From Lama guanicoe (taxonomy: Eukaryota), in contig MU053933.1 in the NCBI GenBank assembly GCA_013239625.1, positions 248,001 through 312,000 on the forward strand: a DNA stretch of 64,000 bases, read 5' to 3'. Shown here piece by piece: positions 42,870-64,000 of this stretch (position 1 is the first letter of the stretch; each line of letters opens with the position of its first letter). The notes under the pieces were generated by a model. That model saw nothing but the letters and a program-made list of their open reading frames with translations, did no database searches and was not told the origin of the DNA. A program made the translations under genes and the position numbers.

Positions 42870-43440
42870 TGCGGGCGGCGTGGACGCGGGAGCCGGCTAG
42901 AGGGCGGCGTGGACGCGGAGCCGGCGGCTTGGGCCGGGAAGCGGACGGCCTGGACGGGGAAACGGGCGATGTGGAGGGGGAACGGTGGAGCGGACCGCAC
43001 GGACCGGGAGCGGGCGAGAGGGCGGCGTGGACGCGGAAGCGGGCGGTGTGGACGGGGAGCGGGCGAGAGGGCGGCTGGACCCGGAGCGGCAGCCTGGACG
43101 GGGAAACAGGCGGTGTGGACGAGAGAGCGGAGGAGCGGTGGGAGTGGACGGGGAAATGGGCGATGTGGAGGGGGAACGGGGAAGCGGGTAGCACGGACCG
43201 GGAGCGGGCGGGAGGGCGGCGTGGACAGGGGAGCGGAAGGCATGGACCGGAGAGCAGCAGGGCGCGGGTCGTATGGACGGAGAAGGTGCACAGACGGTTG
43301 GAGCAGGAGCGGATGCGGCGGAAGGGGGAGTGGGACTGCGGAGCCCGTGCACGGGGGGAGCGGGAGTGGCATAGACAGGGTAGTGGCAGGGCGCGAGGGG
43401 ATGCACAGGGCAGTAGCGAGGCGTGGACGGGGTGAGCGGG
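42870..43440. repeat. Degenerate G-rich promoter minisatellite with (G/C)TGGAC cores
   Basis: Repeated GGGCGGCGTGGACGCGG; ~90-bp near-duplicate 42950-43040 vs 43144-43235. Confidence 0.8.
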
Positions 43441-44279
43441 TCGCGTGGATCCGGATCGGCCGGGAGAAGCGGGCCGGCTTCCGGCTGTCCTTTTCCCCGG
43501 GGCTGGAAGGGGCGTCCGGTGCCCACGTGCAGCCCCTTCCTCGGTGGCGCAGCCCCATCCCGCGACCCACGACAGCAAAGCGCTGGCAGCTCGCACGGGT
43601 GCCTCCCCCCACCCCGTACCTTTTTTCTGATGGCCACGTCAAGCCTTAATTTCCTTTTAGAGAGTTAGGTGGGAGAGGGAGTCGAATTTTTCTTTAAAAT
43701 GGGTCTAAGATTTGCTGCCTAATCATAATGATTTGTGAATTTAGCCCACGGGCTGCTGCGGTCATCTTTCTGTCCACTTAATAAACGCTTAGAAGCGCTT
43801 GGTTTGCTTAGAAGCGCTTGCTTTGCCTCCCTCCCTCTCCCGCCCCCACCCGCAAGCCCCCTGAAGTAGAGGAAGGCCGGCAGTTCGCTGGGAAGTGGAG
43901 ACCAGGCATTTAAGTCCAGAGGGAGTGAGTTCCAGAATCCCCGCCTTAACCGCTACCCGACACTGCCCTGTGGAAAGTTGGGACGTCAACCTGGGGTGCG
44001 AAATTGAGGCCAGACCGCTCCCTGGCACTGAGTGTTTCTGCCTCCTCCCACCTCCCAAATTCGGGGGCTTGGGTGGGCACTTGACTCCTACCTTTCAGTG
44101 GACAAGAGACCACAGGGTATTAGAAATAGAGGGGGCTAGATGGATCATTTATCTAGTTCTGTGCTGTCACATTCAGAGATGTAAGCTGTCTTGTTCATTT
44201 TTGCCTGGCAAAAGCCTTCATTAATAAAGTCAGAGAGGAGATGAAATGGAGGAAATGATTTGAAATTGATATTAGAAAG

Positions 44280-45790
44280 GATTCGTCCCCCTCATATGTG
44301 TAAAGCTCTCAAGAATCAATAAGAAAAAGATAAATAACTGAAAAATGAACAGTCTACAGACCGTTCACAGAAGAGAAAATACAGTGGCTCTTAAGCATGT
44401 GAGATGCTAGTCAACTATACTGTAATAAGAGAAAGAAAAATTATGGTGATATAATTGTTACCTATTACATTAGTAAAGACTTTTAAAGTTTAATAGCATG
44501 ACTGTGAAGAGACTGTAGAGAAACAAGCAGTCTCATCCTTTCCAAGTGGGAGAATTGATGAACAGCCTCTGCCCTGGCCATTTGTTAATATCCATAGAAA
44601 TTCAAGGTGCACATAGCCTTTGGTGCAGGAGCCCCACCTGTAGGAATCTGTCCCACAGCCAGACTCACTTGTGTGAACTGGTTTGCATGTGAGGTTGGTC
44701 TTAAGTACCCACTGGAAGAGCAGGTCCACAGGGAGCAGGAGAGAGCCCACCGAGCGCGATGCGCTGCTGGGCTCATCTTCCCACCCAACCCTGTCCCGGG
44801 ACATCCTGCAGTGGCTTCCCAGGGCACTCACAGGTAGGTCTGAACTGTGGCCTCCCACACCTTGTTGATCACCTCACCTGCACCCTGCTTGTGCCCTGCC
44901 CAGCTGTGAAATCCCAGCCTCCTTCCGGCCTTCTGTTCTCAAGATCTTGGAACACAGTCCCAGGTTCCCCACCACCATCTCCCCATCATTCAGGTCTTTG
45001 CCCAAATGCACGCCAACTCCCAGGAGCCCCAAACTGACCACAATGGCCAACTTGCACCCCCTCTCCACCTACACAGCCCTCTAGTGACATCACTTGCAAT
45101 TCTCACGCCCAGATGGCTAGTTCTCTGGTCTCTGCACACCAAATAGGTACTGGCACTTGTGCACGAAAGCAGGTCATTTACAGGAAAAAGTGATAGGTCA
45201 GAGCAAGAGTGAAGAACAAAGCAGGCAAGACCTCAACCCACCTAAAGCCATTTCTCATGGCAATGTGCACAGCACAGGGCTGGGGTCCATGTTCCCAAAT
45301 GCCATTGCATCTTCAAAAGAGTTCTGAGTGTGTTCAGAATTTTTCCGCTATGAGGGCTGGAAATAATTCCTTTTAAGGCAGATTTATATCCAAAATCTAA
45401 AGTTAAAAAAGTTGTGTCGCTCAGAGTTGCTGAAAGTGCCAAATTCTCATTGATAGCAAATGCAGCAGGAATTCCCTGAATCCCAGGCAGAAAAACCATC
45501 CATAAAGGATGTTACTGAGGCAGTTGGAGAAATGTGAATATGGACTGTGAAGCTAGATAATAGTGTTGCATTAATGTCAAATTTCCTAAGCATGATAATT
45601 GCATTGAATTATAATAATGAGGATGCCTAGGTTCTTAGAAAAATGCCTTCTGAGGAATTTAGGGGAAACATGAAGTCTTCAAACTACAATTGATTGATCG
45701 AAAGATGATTGGATAGAGCAAATGTAGTGAAACTAGTGAATCTAGGTGAAGGTATGTAGGTTATTCTGTAGGCTTGAAATTTTGAAAAAT
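44280..45790 (+). mobile_element. Degenerate L1M(E/C) fragments upstream of the PRDM15 promoter
   Basis: A-rich L1 3' motifs at 44280-44700 and 45480-45790. Confidence 0.45.
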
Positions 45791-46249
45791 TTACTGAGAG
45801 GATTTTAAACAGAAGAGCTTCAGAGTTCAGTGTTAGTGGATTTTCCTTCCCAAACAGACTAGCTGTGGCACTAAGATGTAGTCACCCTGCCCTGTGGCGC
45901 CACGCTGGGGGTGATGCTCTCAGCCTGTCACTGGCCTGCCTTACACGTGGGCTTTCCAACTAATGTGTCTCATCAGCTCTGGTTTGTTGTTAATTTAAAT
46001 ACAAACCTCCTTTGTCAGGGGACATCATGGATGCACACATCCTAAGATGCCCCTCTACACCACGTCTAGCTCTTGCTTTCAGTCTGGCTTAATTCTTGCC
46101 CATCCAGATAAAGAGGGACAGAATCAGCAAATAACCTAATTCCTGCTATGAGCAAAGTAGCGCGTTCCATCATTCTCACCTGTAACGGCGCGTTAAAGTT
46201 CAGGAAAGGCTATATGAGGCCACAGTCCTCTGTCTCTCCGTTTGACACG

Positions 46250-46490
46250 AGGTAGAGACTCGTGGTCACGAGCAGGGATTCTCCAGCCAGACCGCCTGCG
46301 CTCAGATTCTGGTTCTGCCACTTAGCAGCTTTGTGAACTTGGGCAAGTTTACTTAACCCCCTTGTGCCTCAGTTTCCTGACCCGTAAAACTGAAACGGAT
46401 CATCACTCAAAGAGTGTAGGAGTCAATACGTGTCAAACATTTGAAAAATTCCTGGCAGCCTGTAAGTGCTCAGTTAGGGTTAATTATCAT
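46250..46490 (+). mobile_element. MIR SINE
   Basis: CTGCCACTTAGCAGCTTTGTGAACTTGGGCAAGTTTACTTAACC...GCCTCAGTTTCCT core. Confidence 0.75.
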
Positions 46491-48229
46491 CGCTGTGAGC
46501 GCTAGTCTTTCTCTCCCAGTAGTTCTCTAAAACACCAAGTAGCCCAAAGCCTGAGCAAGTACCCAACTTGACTGCAAATGCTGGTGACATCAGTGTAGTC
46601 AGCAGTTTTGAATGCCTGGCACAGGCAGGGCACGGCTTGGCAGTTTGCAGGCCCTGACACAGGGCGGAGGTGAGCTGTGGGCGAGGTGAGAGAGTCTCCG
46701 TGGGAAGAGGGTCTGGCCTGCAGCCTTCCCTGAGGGCAGGCGCTGCACTAGCCCATCCATCCTGGTGTCCAGTCCTCCGTGGTGAGCCAGCTGCCTTTCT
46801 TTTTTATGAACTGCTTATTGACATACACGCACAGTGCCTTGTATTTGCAGGGGGAGACTGAGGTCAAGAACAGCATGTTTTTTGTCCTGTGCACACCCTC
46901 CAGGTCTAGCTCTGACCCTGGGCCCGATGAGTGGGGCAGGATGGGTGTAAGCAGACTTCCCGGACGAGCTGATTTATATAAAGCTTCCAGCTGATACCCA
47001 TCACTGCTCTAAGCGGGCATCACCCTGAACCCAGGGGGTATGGGCACTTACATTCTTACCAGGGTACAAGTCTACGAGAGAGTGAGAGGGGCCAAGTGAT
47101 AGGGACTGCAGGGTGCTGATGGAAGCGCCCTGGGCATCCTTGGTGGCCAGGCGCCTCATGGAGAAGGCAGGGCTTGTGTTTGGTTAGATCATGAGAATGG
47201 GGAGGGGTGTGTGCTGGAGACAAGGGGGGCGCATTCCAGAATGACCAAGGTGGCTTGGGCTGTGTAAATGGGACTGGCACGAACACGGTGCGCACCTACA
47301 AGTGGCCGGCAGGAGGTCAGGTTAGGGAAGCCGGCCATCCAGCAAGTCCATCCACACTCCTCCTGGAGCGTCAGCACAGAGTGGACCACTGGTCACACAG
47401 GAAGCAGCAGTTCCAGCCCAGGCCCCGGGACACCTTAATCCCAACCAAGATGCCATGCCATGGCCACCGTCCACGTCCAGAGCAGACTCTGGAATCCAAG
47501 CCCTGCTAATGCTGGGGCTCTCCACGGGGAGACTCTTCCTTGGAAATGCAGAGTGTGCATCAGACGTGGCTCCCAAGTGACCACTCCACCTCCTAAAGGA
47601 TGGGCATGGTTGGGACCTCTGAGAGAAGGGCTGGGGGCCAGGGCTTTGATCTCTAAGTGCTGGGCACCTGGGCAGAGTAGGGGGGATGAAACTGAAGGAA
47701 ACTGACCACCAAAAAAGAGACGCGAGGCCTGCGGGGCTGGCACAAGACACCCCAGCCCTCCTGGGACCCTGCCCAGCATCCGCCCCTCTGACCTCACACT
47801 GCACCGACCCTCGGGTGACCACAGGGGCGGGGTGATGACAGCGAGGTGATGGAGGGATGAAGGCTTCACTCACGAGGGGACAGCACTCCTCAGAAGGTTC
47901 CTGGAGGTCACACAGGGTCACACGGCCGCTGGGGCACCCAGGGCAAGCAGCCCATGGCTCATAGCGGCTACAACTCACCAGGACCCGGAAGCTCACTGGA
48001 CACCTTGGCTTTCTAGCACGTGATTTTACCCCCAGGCCTCAAACAGGTGCTGAGTAACTGAAAGATCCTGTAAGAACGTCAGCAGGAGGGCTCTTCCGTT
48101 ATGCCCGCTGACTGTGGCGGCCACAAGCAGGTGACCGCCAAGGCGCCTGATGAAAGACGCCGGTTCTGGGACCCTCAAAGAGGCTACCGGGCTGCGGGGA
48201 CAGCACAGGACTCGGCAAGAACAACTCAG

Positions 48230-51200
48230 TGTCTAGTGTTCTGTGTGCACCTTTATTTCCTTCAAAGACCACTCGTGTTCCAGCCACATCTCCGAACGAA
48301 CCCAGCCGCACAGGGTCGACGCGGGCTGTGGACCGCGCTGCCCAGGATACAGTTGTTTTGTACATGCGTCACGACACTGGTCATCAGGTCAAACCTCTCC
48401 ACATACCTGGACCGCCTTTTATTTTCTTTAAAAATATGTAGCTTTGATATGATATTGGGGGAAAAAACCCATAAGCCTAAATTATAAATGGCACGTCGCT
48501 GGCTAGCTGGGAGGTGAGTGAACGGTGAACGGGGCGAGGTCATGTTACCTCGACTGCCTCCTCACACCAAAGTAGGAATGCCAAAAACAGGAACCAGAGA
48601 GCTGTAACCTGAGTTTGCTGTGCAGGACTTAGCGGTGTTGGTGTCCCCGTGCCGCTGGCTTTGGTCATCACACCTTGGTGGGTTTGAGGGGGTGGAGGCA
48701 GGGTCTGCTGTCAGGGTCCAGGCCAGTGCTGAGACCTGTCCTCCATCTGGTAGCGTTAAATGTTCTGACTTCCAGCGTCCACCAACTCATGCTTTGAGGT
48801 TTCAAGACCAAGAATGGTGAGATTATAAATCAGGAAACATTGGAATTTTGTGGCAGCCGCGTTTAAGTTCATCTCTCCCTTTCTGCTCAAGAAGAAAAAC
48901 TTGCAGCTTCTAGAGATGTGGCCAGTAAAACCAATCAGAAATCTAGGCAGGCGCCCAGCTTGTGACTGGCTGGTGGTGATGGGCCGGGGAGCCATCTCTG
49001 GGAATCCAGTGCTGCTTTTGACCTTCAGCTTGAGACCACGATTTAAACAGTGCTGGGTCTAACTAAACCTTCCTCCTCACAGCAGGTTTCACCCGGCATG
49101 ATGGCGAGACGGGTACTTCTGTTAATGCCGTGAAAACACACACACTTAAAGGTCCATTTCATTCCTCCACAGAGAACACAGGCGCGTCCTTATACGAACC
49201 AGAGTGCTGCCAGCTCGTTAACCCCAGCGTGAGCAGCTGGTTCCAGACATCCAGACACACGTTAATATTAGTGTTCAGGAGAAATAGCTTTTAAAACATC
49301 GCTCTGCGAAAATTTCATGAAGACCAAAACCAAAAGCCCTCAAACCACTCCGGCGTGTGCAAAAGGTAAGGGAATAAGGCGACTCACAAATTAGCACGTT
49401 TTGAATTCGGTGTGCCATCCTAACTGACGTTCGGCCTTGGCGACACTCACTGTAACATAAATACCCTACACCACTTAAAAAAGCAAACCTGGGTCCACAG
49501 CTCGGGAAGGAACCGTTCGCAGCAGCGGTGCAGCCCACGTTGTCACGGTGCTCTCCTGGCCCCGCTTTTCTGTTTGCTTGTCGTATCTCCTGCTCCGTTA
49601 GTGACCTCCGTCACTTCCGGAAAGGCCACTGACTGTGGCTGTGTCTGTGCGTCCTGGGGGTGAGCTTCGGGATCCACTCAGATGTGCCGGCTTCCCCAAG
49701 TACACCCGGCGGACCCGAAGGTCTCCCCGGCGACACTCTCCCTCGTGTTAATCCCCGTGCTCCTCACACACTGGGCGGACACAGGCCCCCCGACACCATC
49801 CCAGGGCCCCAGAGAGATTTCCAGTCACGAGGGGCCTGAGAGCAGCGCTCTTGAGGAAGGTGTTAAACAGTGGACTGGACGCTCATGGAGTCAAACAGGA
49901 GTGGGAATGGCTAAGACATTTTTTAGAGCGAGAAAGTTGAATCTAAATCCCCAACATCTTCACACTCGAATAAATGGAATCCAGCTGAATTTCAAAATCA
50001 AATGAACAAAAACCTGCATTAAAACCCTCTAATCAGTACCTGAAATTCGAATTAAACTAGAATCAATCCTGGAATGTCACGGCTCTGCTGACCAGGAGAG
50101 AGAACAATGATCCGTCAAGTCAAACAGTACATGAATAAACCCGCTGGTTCCACAAGCCCAGCAGGGACTGCTGGCCCGTGGGGGCTGACTCGGTGGTAAC
50201 ACACGATAGTTTGGACGGCCGGGTGCTAGTTTACAATGATTACAATTGAAATATAACCTTTAAAAGCAAAATATGGTGAAAAAGTCATTTTACAGTCACT
50301 TGATAATTCTTGGGACACCTAAGAATTTTTAAGAATGTATTTAAAAATAAAATTCTTAATGTAGTTTTCTAATCTCTTCCTCAAAAAAAAGAAAAGAGGA
50401 AAAGACGAAATTCTGTAATTTTGGTTTTTACAAAGGTTTTCGTTCCCCCACAGCTCGATTACCCCGAAATATCTGCTTAAGGATTAACAAAAGCACCTGG
50501 AGGAAGGGACGCTCTCAATTTCACACCCGTGACGGAAGCCACATTTTCCTAGTAGACTTTAAATCTTATTGGAGGAAAATGAATCTTACTTAACACCTTT
50601 CACCCTGATGACAAGTGTTGTTTAATAAGCACGTCCCCTAAAAGTGGCTCTTCCAGAAGGAATGGATGATGTGAGAATTGTGAATGAAACCTGGCGGAAA
50701 GGCGCACTGATGAGGAAAGTGGTTTGGAAGACACACGGGGGTATTAAAATCCTGTGTCAAGCTTACCGTTTTTGTCCACTGGCAGTCAAAGCAAGAGCAT
50801 CCCAAGCTGTGTTAAGCACACTGTCCACAGCAGATTCCGACCCGCTCATAAAAAGACTCTGATGCACGTTTGGCTCATTTGTTACTAAACTTCCATTCCT
50901 AAGACTCACACCTGAGACATGAAATCATTTCCTCTCTTGCCCTGAAAGTACTTTGTTTCAGCTATTGGCAACATTTGGCAAACCCACCTCGGACAAAAGA
51001 AAAACCGCGCACGTGTGGGTAGCAGATCCTACGAGCTGTCGCTCTCTGCCCCTAACTTCCTCCAACAGGCTCCCGGCTCTCGTTAGCGAGGACGCCGGCG
51101 GCATGAGGACGTCCATGTGTTGAGGGCTCTGTTGCTATTATTAGAGCTTTTGATGCTGTAGAGAAAAATGTAAAAACCACATAAGAATTAATACATCTCC

Positions 51201-51902
51201 CACTTGCAAATAGGCTCAAAGTAAACTTAGAAAAGTGTTCAGCATAATATGCATAGGATATATTTAGTATTTGCATAATTTTTCAAGTTATATGGCTAAT
51301 ATCAAAGGCAAATGTCTTCCTACATTTGTCTGAGTGTTTCCGTTCCTACAGCAACTTCTGTTTCCCAAAAGTCCTGCCTCTGTCCCACCTCTCAGTACTC
51401 AGTACTCGCAGGCGGGCTGCACTTTTTATTCTGAGCAGCCCGTTCGGAGAGCTGACCATCCATTCTGTTCACAGTGACAGCACAGAGGGAGCCTCCTCAT
51501 TGTGACGCGATCCAGGCACGGACCTAAAATGACACCTGTTAGAGCACAAAGGGCGGAGGTCAGGGCCCCCGCCCTGCCCGTCCACAGTCCACCAGAGGGA
51601 GTTTTGTGGGTCCCCCTGTAAATACGCCTCTCGCGTTTAACTTCCACCCTCACACGTGAGCATAGCCCGCGCGGTGGAGCCGCTGGGTCTTGTGGCTTCT
51701 GGTGGCAAACGGCTTTGTCAGTTCTTTCTGGGAGAGATCTCCTGGCTGGAGACTCAGATTTTTTTTTCCCCTTTAAAAGATGAAATTGTTGGAAAAAACC
51801 CAGCTAGAGCTGGCGGCCGTCTGACAGCTGGCTGGCCCTCCTGCGGGGTCCCGGCAGGTGGTTCCGGTGGGTGCGCGTCTGCAGCATTGGCGGTGCAGGG
51901 GG
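48230..51902 (-). other. C2CD2: C2CD2 3' UTR (about 3.7 kb)
   Basis: Largely repeat-poor, AT-richer sequence after the stop codon, ending at a polyA signal; the end position is inferred. Confidence 0.65.
48252..48257 (-). terminator. Putative distal polyadenylation signal of C2CD2
   Basis: AATAAA on minus strand, UGUA upstream (~48360), GU-rich GAGTTGTTCTTG downstream; further AATAAA at 48418-48423 and 51425-51430. Confidence 0.65.

Positions 51903-64000
<12,098 letters not shown>

Larger units (their letters stand above)
42200..43600. promoter_or_regulatory. CpG island / PRDM15 promoter
   Basis: Very high GC and CpG density around exon 1; GC boxes; ETS-like CCGGAAG at 42822-42828. Confidence 0.9.

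Noticed and set aside
42224-43649. Long overlapping ORFs (472, 295, 283, 246, 226 aa) at the promoter
   Set aside because: They arise from a GC-rich repeat with few stops and, for the longest, an N gap; only the 34-codon exon-1 part has support.
43787-43820. 15-bp direct repeat GCTTAGAAGCGCTTG x2
   Set aside because: A simple slippage duplication with no evidence of function.
43700-48200. snoRNA or other ncRNA in the PRDM15-C2CD2 intergenic region
   Set aside because: No recognisable H/ACA or C/D structure by eye; an Infernal/Rfam scan would be needed.

Overview
Mammalian genomic DNA, most likely a camelid (two tRNA-derived SINEs resemble the camelid Vic-1 type), syntenic to human 21q22.3. 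Two protein-coding genes lie head-to-tail on the minus strand. (1) PRDM15 (PR/SET domain plus C2H2 zinc fingers): CpG-island promoter and exon 1 at about 42.75-42.85 kb, then 20 further exons down to 2572. All are GT-AG and phase-consistent, giving 878 codons from the MAEDG start. The last exons lie off the left edge. (2) The 3' end of C2CD2: four coding exons (64000 to 51903) and a roughly 3.7 kb 3' UTR ending at an AATAAA near 48252. The remainder is intronic or intergenic DNA with ancient repeats (L1M, L2, MIR, MLT, MER), young SINE/L1 insertions with target-site duplications, several minisatellites and three assembly gaps. Nearly all ORFs in the six-frame track are spurious. I found no new multi-gene system. 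The most notable observations are: a 31-bp minisatellite that multiplies the PRDM15 exon-7 splice donor; a ~275-bp templated duplication flanking exon 8 and inserted into an old L1; an in-frame, stop-free 210-nt intron in a zinc-finger linker; an upstream in-frame ATG inside a ZNF143/THAP11 promoter motif; and a convergent CTCF motif pair. Comparisons to human proteins and repeat consensus sequences are from memory, not from searches.
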